From: Octopus sinensis
Taxonomy: Eukaryota
Assembly (NCBI RefSeq): GCF_006345805.1
Contig: NC_043001.1
Span: forward strand, 80,786,001-80,850,000
Length of the DNA: 64,000 bases
Direction of reading: 5' to 3'
The notes below the pieces were generated by a model. It was not told where the DNA came from. It saw only the letters and a list, made by a program, of their open reading frames with translations, and did no database searches. Below are positions 38,558 to 52,359 of this stretch, one piece after another. Both the position numbers and the translations under genes were made by a program. The first letter of the stretch is position 1, and each line of letters begins with the position of its first letter.

Positions 38558-39564
38558 ATCTCCCTCTCTCTCTCCACCTCTTTCTACTTCTCCCCTACTT
38601 ATCTTCTCTTCTCTCCCCCTGCCTACCTCTCATACTCATTGCTTACTGAAGCACTTTCATGAACTATGATCCTAATTACTCGACGCAAACAAAACATCCA
38701 CAGACACCAACATGTCATGTATAGATGTATCCTTATTAATCTTAAGCCAACACACAATCAACATGTTATTGACAATGCCATCATCCTCAACACTTTTTTT
38801 TTATGGAGAATAGGAAAAAATCAAATGTTTCGGACAGTCCTTCCTCGTTAATTTCTCTCCTGTTAATTATTCCATGAAGAAGGACTTGAAACACTGGATT
38901 TTCTTCTCCCCACAGCTTGTTCTTTGCACTCTTTTAGTTAATTTTACTAAATGATATGAGTCTTGTCAAAGCAGACTGACAACAGCCTCATTGGAGTTGT
39001 TGGATTAAATAATTTTTTTATTTTCACACAAGAAAACTCGCAAATGTATAAGAAAGATGCAGTCAGTTTGGTATCTTACATAGACTTAGTTACCTACCCC
39101 ATTGCCCGACTAGAAATTATGTAATCCTTGATTCACTGTCTGAATAACAACTGGAATGGTCCTGACAGGTACATTTTTGATTATAGGTTTGCTGGATCTG
39201 GACTAAGTGCTTAATCAATAACAGCAATTGGTACATGTTTTGTTGTATCTTGGGAGGGTCATTATGCCATTAGTAAACACATGCACTGGTTCTGTTTAAC
39301 TTCTTTTATTATTATTAGTCATTTGAAAATGGCAAGCTAGAACCATTTCATTGCTGGCCAAAAAGCTTAGTAACATTTCTTCCAGGTTTATTTTCTGAGT
39401 TCAGTTGCCACTAAGGTCAACTTTTCCTTTAGTCCTTTTGGGGTTGATGATAAAATAAGTACCAGTTGAACACTGGAGTTGATGTAATCAACTTGCCCTC
39501 CCACCCCTAAAATTTCAGGCCTCATTCCTATAATAGATATAGGTTAAAGATCTTTCCCAGGTGA

Positions 39565-39780
39565 TATAGACACATAGGGCCAGTTTCTGTGGCGTATACA
39601 TTCCCCCACTGGACAGGACAGTAGTCTGTCACATGATTACTCATTTTTGCTAACTGAGTGAACTGGAGCAATGTGAAATGAAGTGTTTTGCTCAAGAACA
39701 TAACACATCACCTGGTCCAATAATCAAAACCACAATCTTACAATCAACACCATAACCACTAAGCCACATGCCTCCACAGT
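39565..39780 (-). mobile_element. SINE type C
   Basis: ctgagtgaactggagcaatgtgaaatgaagtgttttgctcaagaac..cactaagccacatgcctcc. Confidence 0.8.
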
Positions 39781-40143
39781 GCCTATAATAGAAAGAATTA
39801 TTATTTGTCAGTTGGGTAACCATTTAAACAATTGACTTAGAGGGCAGTAACTTCTCTACAAGAAGCTGCTTGCTCCTTCTTCCTTCCCTTTCGTATTTTA
39901 ACTCATCTCCTACATAAATGCCCACTCTGGAGGTATTGCTGGTGGCATGAAAAAACCCCTACCCAGTACACTCTGTAAAGTGGTTGATGTTAGGAAGGGC
40001 ATCCAGCTGTAGAAACCATACCAAAGCTGATACTGGTGCACAGTGCAACTCCTTTAACCCATCAGATCCTGTCAAACCATCCAACTTGGACATTAAATGA
40101 TGGTGATGATGATGATTAATTGTTGTATCACTCAATTAATTTG

Positions 40144-40337
40144 CAGTGGCGTATGCTGGTTATTGTATTGGGTGTGCTGCCACACCCAGTGCCACCAAAT
40201 TTCAAGTAGGGGTATAGCAAAAGTTTTCCATTAAGATTTGTGATTAAATTAATGAGTAAGATTAATATTTATAATGAATTTGCCATTTTCAATGGGAGTG
40301 CGGTGCACACCTAGCACACCCAGAAAATACGCCCCTC
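40144..40337. mobile_element. hAT-type MITE
   Basis: Ends cagtggcgta..gggtgtgc / gcacaccc..tacgcccct; degenerate 8-bp TSD ttaatttg / ttaattaa. Confidence 0.65.
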
Positions 40338-41514
40338 TTAATTAACTAGGTTTGGTACATAGTTTGTCAATGGAAAATGAAAAACCAAGTCAACTGTAAC
40401 AGGAATTGAACTTGGTTCTTGTCAAATTAATATTTTCTTAATCATCCTCATTATTTTAGGAAAAATGACAATAAATATGAAAGGAAAAAAAAAGCTTATC
40501 AAGTTGTGCCAACTACTTTAATCCCTGGAAAGTCAAATCTCTTTAGCTTAATTCCTCCTCCTGGAACTGCCTCCCACGTCTCTACCAAGCTGTCATTTCT
40601 CTTCCCTTCTTTCAAATAATGTCATACACTGATGGTGGTGATGGTGGTGACTCTCCACTTACACCCTCTTCCCTATACACAACACACTAAGCATACAAGT
40701 TTTTCTTCTTTCTTTCTATTCCCACTCTCCCACCTCTGTCCATCAAGTGTTCAGCATGCAATAGTTGTGGATATAGAAAAAAGATAGGCTGTGGCAGTAA
40801 TCCTTTCCTTACTTCCTCTCTCTCTCTCTATACCATCCGCAGTTCTCTCACTCACTCACTCATTCACTCACCTCCTCTTCCTCCTCCTGCCACTACTTTC
40901 TTCCAAGTGTGACTCAAAATTGAGTCACACTTAATTTGAAGATATTAATTTCTCTCTTTTTTTTCTACAATCATAATCATTAGAGGGTTCCTTTTACTAA
41001 TCCTCTGCTAATAATAATCCTTCTCTATCCATGAGCCTGTAAATCTAATAAATTTGTTCAGTCATTAAGTTGTGTATTTTATGATTTTAAAAAATGTTTC
41101 ATTTAATTAATTTATTTATTTATTTGACATATTCTCATCATCATTAATATTTCACATTCAGAGGCTTGAAGTTCCTGAGCAATGAGTAGGCAACAAGATG
41201 AACATGATTTATTTATCACATGAAAAATCTCTTACTGCTATTTAATTCCTAGGTCAGCTTAGATTGAGCAAAACTATGATCAGAGAGATTCCAGTCACGA
41301 CCACCCAACCCCATTTTTTTTCGTCATTTTCATTTTTTCTTCTAACAAGTATTTAGAACAAGAAGCTGATAGTAAAGCTAAACGATCTACAATTTGGTTT
41401 TCATGCTTATCCTCATCTATGGTCACAGGTAACTACTAAGAGAGTGCAATTGTTATTGCACACAGCCAAAATGAGGTTCTAAAATAAAAAGTTACTTTCT
41501 AAGGTCCTTCCTAC

Positions 41515-41730
41515 TCGTAAGGGCCTGTCTCCTGGTTTCCATGTCATATAAATTCCCCACCTGGATGGGACACCAGTCTGTTGTAGGATGACTCATTTTT
41601 GCCAGCTGAGTGGACTGGAGCACCGTGAAATAAAGTGTTTTGCCCAAGAACACATGTTGCCCAGTCCAGGAATTAACCTACAATCTTACAATCATGAGTC
41701 TAACACCCTAACCACTAATCCATGCACGTC
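41515..41730 (-). mobile_element. SINE type C
   Basis: cagctgagtggactggagcaccgtgaaataaagtgttttgcccaagaac. Confidence 0.8.
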
Positions 41731-41749
41731 CACAAAATGGGATTGTGTT

Positions 41750-41990
41750 ACAGGATCTCTAGAGTAATGTTCCTCCACAGGTTATGTAGCTCAGAGATCA
41801 GGGAGTGTCTTCAGATTGAGCTGCTGCTTCTCCGCATTGAGAAGTCACAGCGCCATGTGATTAGAATGTCACAGAACAAATCAGATGACAAATTCTTCAA
41901 GCCATGCCAACTGGAAGGAGATTTAGAAATAGAACAAGATGGTTGGGTAATATCCATAATCTCAGGTATTTGTGTCTACCTATAGCCCTC
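41750..41990 (+). mobile_element. RTE-clade LINE 3' fragment
   Basis: ORF-track peptide RISRVMFLHRLCSSEIRECLQIELLLLRIEKSQRHVIRMSQ resembles the RTE C-terminal region; homologous to the two minus-strand copies. Confidence 0.8.
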
Positions 41991-42328
41991 AAGTAACCAA
42001 TATTTTGTAAATGAATTTGGGAGATGGAAACTGTGCAGAAGCCTGGCAGATTCATGTGTGTTTGCCCCTACCACTGCTTGACAGCTAGTCTTGAGTTGTT
42101 TACAATCCTGTAAACTAGTGGTTCAGCAAAAAAGATTGATAGAATAAGTACCAAACATCAAAAAAGTAAGTACTGGAGTTACTTTGGCTAAACCCTTCAA
42201 GGTGGTGCCCCAGCATGGCCACATTTCAATGATTGAAGCAAAAGGTAAAAGATGTCTACATACGTATGTATATATGGTGTGTAATATGTCCTGCTGTCTC
42301 TGTCTATGACTTATTCTTTTTCTGTTTG

Positions 42329-42359
<31 letters not shown>

Positions 42360-44034
42360 GCTACTCTCTTTCCCTCTCTTTCTCATGGCACTTTGCCTGC
42401 ACATGTATGTGAAGTAATTTTTATATCTATATTCTCCATGTCCTCTCAGACTTAGCACCTTGTGGTTGTGAGTCGTAATTTTAGAATAAACAGGATACTG
42501 TAGGTGGTAAAATTGAGTAGAAACAATTTGTGTATGAATATGTATATATGAATATGATGCATGTATGTGTGTGTGTGTGTGTGTATATATATGTGTGTGT
42601 ATATATATATATATATATAATCTGCACGCACACATACACAAATGCTACCTGTATACATGTTCTGTGTGTGTGTATATATATGTTTATGTATGTATGTATA
42701 TATATATATATATATATATATGCATGTTATGTATGTATGTATGGATGGATGAGAAAGTAAGATAGTATATCCATGAAGGTACTGGAAAGAAAAAGGCGAT
42801 GGGAGTGGGGGAGAATGTTACAAAAGATTTTGAGAAATAAGTAGATGTCGAGAGTTTAAACGATGAGGGGAGTTGTAGGATACAGAACTAAAGTAGCTGA
42901 CAAAAAAAAAAAAGGAAAAAAGGAAAAGAATGATAGAAAAGGAAAGAGTTGGCTTCCGAAAGTTGAAGAGAAAAGAGAAAAAAGAAGTTGTAAAATTTTT
43001 AAAAATATATATATTTAAAAAACATCCAAAATCGAAAATGAAGTAACATAAGATACGAAAATCAAAAACTATGAAGGAAAATTTGGAAACCACTGACAGT
43101 TTCCTTGCCAAGTCTCTTGGAGAATTCTTAAAGAATATTTCTTTGGTTGGTTAGCTTTATTTAATTTCAGAAATCTGGTCTTGTTGTTGTTGTTGATGAT
43201 TGGAGGTTTGGAGAAATGGAGAGGAAATGCAGTTACAATGTGGCGGGTGATGCAGCCAAAAATGTTGCTATTCATCTCAGAGAGACCTATTATCAAAAGT
43301 GTTCTATATGTGACCAACTCATTGGTGATTTTCAAGATAGTAGAATATTTTCAGTTTATATAGATTATAATGAATCTGACTGGAGTCTACTATTTCCACC
43401 AATGCATATTGTACATAAAGGCAGTGAGCTGGCAAGAATTGTTAGTGTGTCAAGCATTTCTTCTTCTGGTTCTTTACATTCTCAGTTCAAATCCCATGAA
43501 GGCAGCTTTGCCTTTCATCTGTTTAGGGTCGGTAAAATAAATTACCATGAGGTCAATGTATTCAACTTGCCCCCTTCCCTTAAAATTGCTTGATTTTGCT
43601 TTTAACCATTCAACTCACTGGTGCACCCGTTCAGAGGGAATGTTGTGGTCTCTGTAACTTATATCCCATGCAAATTAGGTAATCAACCTTGTGAGTTCTA
43701 GCGCTCAAGAAAAAGAAAAGTGTTCTTCTTCTTTTTACGAACATAGGATATTGTTTGAATGAGATTAAGTTGCTGTTTCTAGCAGGTTTGGGGACTACAT
43801 AGAGTTACTTGTGTTGCTTACACTGTTGTTCAATTAGCTCCAAGTCAGCTATGATGAAACAAACCTATGATCAAAGACTATCCATTATCAATAACTAAAT
43901 TATCCGATTTCCTCCCTTTTTATAAGTAGTGTAAGATTTAAAGAAAATTTGACTGCTATTTCTTGGTCAGTCTTGATCAAGCAGATCTATAATGAAAGAC
44001 AGTCCAATATGAATAACTAAATAATCTAATATGC

Positions 44035-44066
<32 letters not shown>

Positions 44067-44290
44067 TTCTCTCTCTCCTCCTCCCTCTCTCAGTCTTTCT
44101 CTGATATGTATGTGCATGTTTGATTTAAAGAAGATAGGGTTGCTATTTCTAGCAGATTGAATGGCGATATGGGAACACCTAACAGTAGTGCTAATAGCGA
44201 TGTCAGTTGAAATTAGTTGTGTTGTTGTTTTTATCTTGGAAAGAGGCAAGGAATCGAAAAGGGAAATTTTCTAACTTTCACTTGCTTTAA

Positions 44291-44789
44291 CCCTTTTGCT
44301 AGCATATTTCCAAAGAAATACAACTACCTTTGTTTCAATTAATCTTGCAAATAATGAAGAATTTAGTGTAAAACATTGTCATTATTAAGCCTGTGTTTGG
44401 CACATAGATTACCATGACATTTTGATGGGAGGTTTTAATTTAACACTTTTCTTACATATTTCCAATGAAATACACTGCCTTTGTTTTAATTGATTATGAA
44501 AATGAAGAAGAATTTAGTAAAACAACTTCGTCATTATTAAGCTGGTGTTTAGCACATAAATTAACATGAAATTTTGATGGAATGTTTTAATTTAATACTT
44601 TCTTACACTGTCTTTGTTTCAATTAATTTTGAAAATAATGAAGAATTTAATAAAGCAAATTTGTCATTAAGCTGGTATTTGGAATATAAACTGACATAAA
44701 ATTTCAATGGAAGAATTTTAATTTAGATAATTTTAAAACAGGTAATTTATATCATAGAAGCGGTCTCAGGTAGTTTGATATCAAAAGCG
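44291..44789 (+). mobile_element. piggyBac-type MITE family 2 with internally triplicated 135-150 bp unit
   Basis: TTAA at 44287-44290 then cccttttg; right end gatatcaaaagcg followed by tgaa; units at about 44316, 44468 and 44605. Confidence 0.8.
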
Positions 44790-44851
44790 TGAAAGAAATC
44801 CGTCACTTTGTCATAGATTTTACTATTGTTTAATTTTCAATTTTGTTATAT

Positions 44852-45076
44852 TTTACCTTTTAGCATCTAAACGAGCCCTAACTGGCCCAAATATTTTACC
44901 TTTTTTATGTTGAAACCAGGCAGATACAGCCTCTCACACCTACACTGTAATATCATTCTTTAAACAATCACATCATCGAAATCTTGTAGCTCTAAAATTA
45001 TACATTATTTATTCATAATCATGGTGAATAAATAAGCATTACATTTGAGAAAGTAACCTGATTGCTAAAAGGTTAA
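44852..45076 (+). mobile_element. piggyBac-type MITE family 1
   Basis: cttttagcatc..gcctctcacacctacac..gctaaaaggttaa. Confidence 0.8.
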
Positions 45077-46007
45077 TTTTTTTTATTTAAGAACATTGTG
45101 ACCATCCTGTGTTTTTCTCATGGACTGAGAGAACCCAGGATGACCATATCAATCATGTTCTTATCAAAGAGTGTAGTCTTTTGAAGGGAGGATTTTGCTG
45201 CAATTGCTATTTTTAGCAGGATAAGCGTCTGTTGAGGCTCTTTTGTTGGTTTATAGCAGTGATTGTTAACAATGTTGGCGTCGGTGATGGTAACGGGGTG
45301 AGTCTGCTTTAGCTGTGATGATGCGATGGTTGGTGTGTTATAAGTAACCTTACTAATGATGCAGGCAGCTGTTGGTTAGCTTTCATGGGGTGAAAGAGTT
45401 TGAGGTCTAATGGGTGTTTTCAATAAAGAAAAATAACCCACTTCTAAAGTCTTTGACAAAAGTCAGCTTTAAAAGTGGATGGTGGTGTTAGTTTTTGGGT
45501 GTTTAGATAAATAAGTGTAGTGCGCATTTAACACATGTCTCTCAGATATTTTATAGAAAGACTCTTACACACATGTGCACATGCCCATATGCAGGGAGTA
45601 GTTAGTTTACATATGTTAGTATACAGCTGCATATATGGTGCACACACAAGGTAATACCAATATTATTATTATTATCATAGGAACGCAGAAAGGCAGTGAG
45701 CTGACAGAAACAGCACACTGGACAAAATGCTTAATGGCTTTTCATTCTTTATATTCTGAACATTTCACACTTTTGGGGTCAGTGAAATAGATACCAGTCA
45801 AGTACTGTGGGTCTATTTTAATTGACTTCTCCCTTCCCTTTCCAATCATGTAGTTCTGAGTTCAGTTTTATCGCATAACACCTAAAGCAGTTATCTTCTG
45901 ATATAGTCCCTGGCTGACAAAGGATTTGTAAGTGAATTTGGTAGGTGGAAACTGAAAGAAGCCTGTTGTGTGTGTGTGTGTATAAATATATATACACACA
46001 TATTTTG

Positions 46008-46372
46008 TTTGTTTCAGTCATTTGACTACAGCCATGCTGAAGCACTGCCTTTAGTCAAACAAATCGACCCCAGGGCTTATTCTTTGTAAGCCTAGTACAT
46101 ATTCTAACGGTGTCTTTTGCCAAACCGCTAAGTTATGGGGACATAAACACATCAGCTTCAGCTGTCAAGCGATGGTGAGTGAGCACACACACACACACTC
46201 ACACATGCATACGACAGGCTTCTTTTAGTTTCCATCTACCAAATCCACTCACAAGGCTTTGGTTGGCCCGAAGCTATAATAGAAGACACTTCCCCAAGGT
46301 GCCATAAGTGGGACTGAACCCAGAACCATGTGGTTGGTAAGCAAGCTATTTACCACTCAGCCACTCCTGCAC
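46008..46372 (-). mobile_element. SINE type A, full length
   Basis: Complete reverse-complement match to type A. Confidence 0.9.
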
Positions 46373-46902
46373 CAAATTATATATATATATTACATATATA
46401 TATAATTTGTAGTATTCATTTGAATCAAGATATTTTAATAATAATGACACCAAGTCAGGGTCAAGATTAACATGTTCATGTATGTGCTGTATATGGACGC
46501 TTATACATACATGCAGATGAACAAATCAATACACACATTCTTATATTTATACATATGAAATTATACACTTGTAATGATCCTCTGGGAATTCTGGATCTAA
46601 TGGAAGGAAGGTTCCAGGTATAGTGTTTACACAAAGAAAGGACACAAATGGGTAAGAGTGTGTGCATGCGTGTTATTATCCTCTTGGTAGTTGTGGATTA
46701 GTGTCACCATCATGCAAACGGCAGTATCCTTCGTTTCTAATATTCTGTGAAAATAAGTGAAGATTGGCAACAGGAAGAGCATCCAGGCATAAAAAACTCT
46801 GCCTGAATTCCATCTAACCCATGCAACCATGGAAAAGTGGACATTAGAATGCACACACATTAACACATGCTTAGCAAGTAATAGTTTTAATATGGAAATA
46901 CC

Positions 46903-46908
<6 letters not shown>

Positions 46909-46984
<76 letters not shown>
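46909..46984. repeat. (TA)n microsatellite, about 75 bp
   Basis: TA run with one phase shift. Confidence 0.95.
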
Positions 46985-46988
<4 letters not shown>

Positions 46989-47081
46989 CGTCCATAAATT
47001 TTGTGTTCAATATAGTTCTATCATGTATAGTTACAAAGCCATAAGTATTTTAAATTGCACATGGATTTTATAGACACCTTG
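46984..47081. mobile_element. Short Tc1/mariner-type MITE
   Basis: Imperfect TIRs tagtgcgtccataaa / tttatagacaccttg, TA on both flanks. Confidence 0.5.
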
Positions 47082-47456
47082 TATATAATGCACGCACATG
47101 CTCTAGGTGGGATGCAATGGCACTAAACCCAAAACTATTTGATCTGGAAGTAAACTTCTTACTTACACTGACAAACAGTATAATTGAGTAGTAGAAAACA
47201 GGATGGTCCTGGCTGGAAAGTCTTTCAACAGAGATGTACTAGAGCTGGCTGATTTGGGGGTTAAGCTACAATAAGTACATTTATACTTAAAGTTAGCGTA
47301 CATACATTGGGGGAGGGTAAGATCTTGACTTTTGTCTTTTTTCATTTCGCATGAAAGCACATTGTGTGTGTGTGTATATTGACTTCTTATTACTATTATT
47401 TGCTTTTTGTGTCCTTTTGCAGCTGCCAAATATCTAAAAGATCTCCCCTGTGGGTG

Positions 47457-47507
47457 TATAATAATAATAACAATAATAATAATAATAATATAATAATAAT
47501 AATAATA
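47457..47507. repeat. (ATA)n microsatellite
   Basis: Near-perfect trinucleotide run. Confidence 0.95.
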
Positions 47508-50500
47508 TGAAGAATGTAAGGAACATTAAACACAGCAACAATAGTATCTACCAGAAAGAAAGAGAGAGAGAGAGAGAGAGTCTGTAGAAGACAGAAAGAG
47601 GTAGAATTATAGGCGGGGAAGGGGGAACAAGTTTTTCTCTTCTCCAGAATTCATATTTTATGAAAGCTGTTCCTATATTGCTTGCTCTTCCATGCAGATA
47701 AATCTTTGAGGAAAGAATGGAATGGTGGTTGAGTAAGAAAGAGCGAGATGGGAGTGGAGAAGAAAAAGTGGTACAACATAGAAAAGAACTCATACACAGA
47801 CCTGCGTTGAAGAATGTGGGGTGTGGGGGAGAATTTGGGTGTATAGTTCTGAAGGTAAAATAAATGCACATGTGCACACGCATACAACAAAGAGTGTATG
47901 GGGAGGGAGGAGGTTAAATAATTGTGGAAAAAAAATTTTAATAAAAATAACTGCAAACAACGAAATAACCAAATATATAAAAATAAAGGAACTTTTCTTG
48001 GTTGTAGAATTTCAAGGCATATGTTGCAAAAAAAAAGAGAGAGATGTTACCTGCAGGAATAGTTTTTGAAGAATTGTTGATGGTTTTGATAGTTAATAGG
48101 TGTTCAAAGAGGATTTTGGATTTGTTTTTCTTCTAAGAAAGCATGATGGTAGATGAGTGGTGGAGGTGTTTGGTTGGCTGGTTGTCTTGAAATCTGTTGA
48201 ATCTCTTCATTCTTAACACAGTTATACCCTTCCTATCTACCTACCAACATTCTGAACTGTCAGGGTGGTGCATACTTGTGTGTGTGTGTGTGTTGTATGT
48301 ATGGATGAGGTAGAAGTGATAGGAAAAAAATTTGAGTTTAAGAAGAAAAATCTCTTCCTTCTTTGCCAAACCAGAAAGATTCTTGTTATATATTCCATGT
48401 TTTGTTTTGCTTTTATTGTAAGAAAAATATCTAAAGATCTCAAGTTTAGCAAAGAAAACAGGAGGGAAAATGTGTACCCCCACCTTAGAAAAAAAAAAAG
48501 GTGCCAAAAACAATTCTCATTAAGGAAGAGGAAGTGACTATATATAAACGAGGCAGTGTAAGAGGGGAAGTTAAAAGATGTAGAGTGAAATGAAGGAAGA
48601 ACAATGTTTGAAAAGAGAGATGAAGCAGATAAAAACAGATTAAGGAAAAACAATGAGAAGCTGTGCAGCTTCAGTTAACCCTTTTGTTACCAACCTGTTG
48701 GAAACTGCCACTCATGTTGATGATACAGGTGAAATAATCATTATATTTAAGTTGAAACCTGTGATGCAGGGAAGTGCAGCATTGATAAGATATTTGTGGA
48801 GTTGTGGAGTAAATGAAGGGATAATTCTAAGTGACATGTCATGTGTCTCTTTGGAAGATTCCAGGCTCTAACTTTGTCATGGAAAAGTAGATGGTGGGGT
48901 ATGTGATTTTTGAATGCACCAAAAAGCTCTCAGTGTATATACTCTTCTTTGAGGCAGTTGGCACTGCTGCTACCACGCTGAACAATCAGCCAACGTAGGA
49001 ATTACATCTATGTGATAAATTATGCCTGTGGGTGTGCTCAATAGCACCACATGAGAGAAATCTACATGAAAGAAATGATGTGGTAAGTGGAGCTGGGATT
49101 GACAAAGAAGAGCTTGAAAACAACACTGTAATGCAATATTTTAGTTTGGGATCAATAGTTGTGGCTCATCTGTGCACTCCTTCGCATAAACAGCATGTGA
49201 CCATTGTGAGGACAACTCAGCTCCCAAACAAATACAGTTCTGTGTGCAGTGTCCAGGCATGCAAGGTCACATTAAGAACGTGGTCTCTAACCAATGTGGT
49301 TGGTTCATAGACACCATAAATTAGTAGGTTAATGTACATGCAATATTTCAGTTAGTAGTCAATAGCTAAAGATTATTTGTATGGCCTTTGTCTATGCTTA
49401 GAAGGAAGACTTTGATACTGAAGCTAAAAGAAAATAGTTGCTCAGGATTGAACATATTTTAGCATATTTATTCATAATAAACATAGTGCATTCCAAACGG
49501 TTTTTATTCCAACAAATTGCTACCTATTGTACTATAGGAACAGGCTATTATCACTACCACTCAGACAATACAGTTTGAAGTCTACATCGGTTCTCCCATT
49601 TAATACAACCTACTTATATCATTTCACTAGCTGTTTTTTCCTGTTTGAACAGAAACAATGTGTGGGCCATGTGGGCAGTCATACATACCCCAGGAAAGAG
49701 GGTTTTCTGCCCCCCAGGTGCCCCATTACTTATGTGAAAAATTTTAAGAGTCTAAAACCATCTCTGGAACATAAATAATGCATGTTCCCAGTTTGGAGAA
49801 AACAAGTTGCAAACTTCAGTTGTTCTGCAGGTTTATGCACACCCTCCCCCTAAATTATATATATATATATATAGATAGATAGATAGACTGATAAGGCCAG
49901 ACTAATGAATTGTGAGTGTTTATATGTTTTTCCATGTATTTATTTGTGTGTATGATGGAAGTTTTTCCTTTTTTGTTTCTAAGAGAAAAGACATGTTTCA
50001 GCATTTATTCTTTTTTCTTGCCTTGTCTTTTCATTTGGTTCAAATATGTTGAATGCTCGCCCTCTCATACAATAACAAACAAAATTAACTAATTCTATTA
50101 ATATATTTAATGTTATTTTAAAAGTTCTCCAAACCATTATATGTGTGCTATGATATATATATTTATATCTATATAATCATCATCATTCAGCATGAACAAC
50201 AGACGTTAAATGATAATGATGATGATGATGATATACATATATCATGGCACAATTGCGTTCTTTTTAATTATATTTCAAGTATATTTATATCTCTGACTCA
50301 TCATTTTTGAATACATCTATGCACACACACACACACACATTTATCATTGTCACCATTTTAATGTCCAATTTTCCATGCTTGCATAAGTTGGACTGAATAT
50401 ATGGCAGCAGATTTTTCTTCAGCTGGGATGCCCTTTTTGTTGGCATCCCTCACCTGGAAATGAAGGACACTGCTTGTATGACAGTGACACTCATTTACAA

Positions 50501-50700
50501 GTATCATACGATGTCAAGACAAGGAGATTCACATACACACTCACATAATCACATGTGTGTGCACACACATTTATACAATAAGATTATTTCAGTTTCCATC
50601 TAACAAATCCACTCACAAGATACTTGCCCATAGTACCACACAGTGGGACTGAACCCAAAACCATGTGGCTGGGAAACAAACCTCTTACCACACAACCATG

Positions 50701-50753
<53 letters not shown>

Positions 50754-52025
50754 GTTTGTGTATACCCTTGTGTTCACATCTGGTGATGACTGAAAACAAA
50801 CAGGCTGTTCATTTCCAGTCTTCCATGGAAATATGTCTGGTCATGCCGTACAAAATCTGTCTCGACAAATTCCATCTGACCCATGCAAAATGAACATTAA
50901 ATGATGATGATAACGATGTGAATGATTAGCGCAGAAATATTTAATAGAAACTATGGCATCAAAACATTACCTTACTAGAATTTCTTTTGGCAAATTCACT
51001 CTCATGTCCTCATATATCTTTTGCAAGGAGATGACTGATTGACTATTATTTGCTCCTTGCTCAAACAGGCACAAATCTCATCATTGACCTTCACATTACA
51101 TTAGTTGCTTTTAGGTAATGCTTCTCATTTTTTTCCTATTTTGATATAGTCTGTCTGCCTCTCTCTCTTTCATTGGCAGTTAGCATTTATTAGGACTTGT
51201 TCTAGATATACTTCATGAAACTGTACATACACACACACAGTCTCTCTCTCTCTTTCTCTCTCTCTCCCCTATCTACCATCTTTACTGAAAATGGTTAATG
51301 CCAAGTGAGAGTCAGTGAAATGCGCAGACTTTTGATCCAATTTCTGCATGCTCTGATACACAAGACATTAGCAGTGACCTCTTCTCTTTGTTATGGTTCT
51401 GTGCACATTTGGAAGTCTGCCACGTTTTGGCTAGGCACCTTTACATGGCCACTGCCAACATGGTTAAAATGAAAGGTGGTGATGGTGTGTGTGTGTGTTA
51501 CTGCATGAAAATGCAGTAACACACACATGCACACACACATGCATCCTCATGAAAATGATCATGAGGATGACGATAATCTGTTTTATCATCATCTTTGATT
51601 TGATAGCAATTTTTCCATGCTTGCATTGCTATATAGGTCAGACAGAATTTATTGTGGCAGATTTGCTATGGCTGGATGCGCTCCCTGTTGCCAACCTTTA
51701 CCTGTTTCCAAACATATATATATCATCATCATCATCATAGCATTGGGTCAGACAGAATTAGTTGATGCAGATCTCCTGGCTGGATACATATATATAATTT
51801 CTTTCTACCAAATCTGCTCATGAGGCTTTGGTTAGTTAGGGGCTATAGTAGAAGACACTTGTCCAAGGTGCAGTGCAGTGGGACTGAACCCAAGACCACA
51901 TAGTTGAAAAGCAAACTTCTTAACCACACAGCCATGCCTATCTGTAGGTATAGGCATCACTATATATATAAGTGTATACATGTGTATGTATATATTTGTT
52001 TACTGGTTTTAGTCACTGGACAACA

Positions 52026-52359
52026 CAGGAGTTCTCAACCATTTTTTATCTATGGACTACCTTTGATTACTATTTTGCTCTGGTGAACCCCATAATCATT
52101 CGATGTTTTTTAAAAACCAGTATTATAGAAACTTCTTTCAAAATGCCTATTTTGTTTTTCATACATTAACTCGTGTAGGTCATAAAATGTAAAATGTCAG
52201 AGAAAGAAATCCTGCTGTTTCTTGCAATACATGCCAATACAAACATCTAAAGCAAAACTTATTTAGGGAGTCATAAAATACTATTGTGGATCCCTAATTT
52301 ACTATTTCGTTGCATGGATCCCACAAAAATCTTATCTGGACTCCGGTTGAGAACCACTG
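52026..52359. mobile_element. hAT (Charlie-like) MITE
   Basis: 15-bp TIRs caggagttctcaacc / ggttgagaaccactg; TSD not clean. Confidence 0.75.

Noticed and set aside
40545-40620. SWNCLP..SLPFFK as a CR1/L2 3' remnant
   Set aside because: Too short and diverged to support
45260-45300. 41-nt exon candidate VIVNNVGVGDGNG with good splice sites
   Set aside because: GGT/GAT low-complexity composition; no chain partner
48750-49320. Unique GC-richer block as a decayed transposase or exon
   Set aside because: No catalytic motif or sustained frame recognised on either strand; only 48675-48745 matches a MITE end
49651-49745. ETMCGPCGQSY as the start of a PHD finger
   Set aside because: Remaining Cys/His ligands are absent and the frame stops
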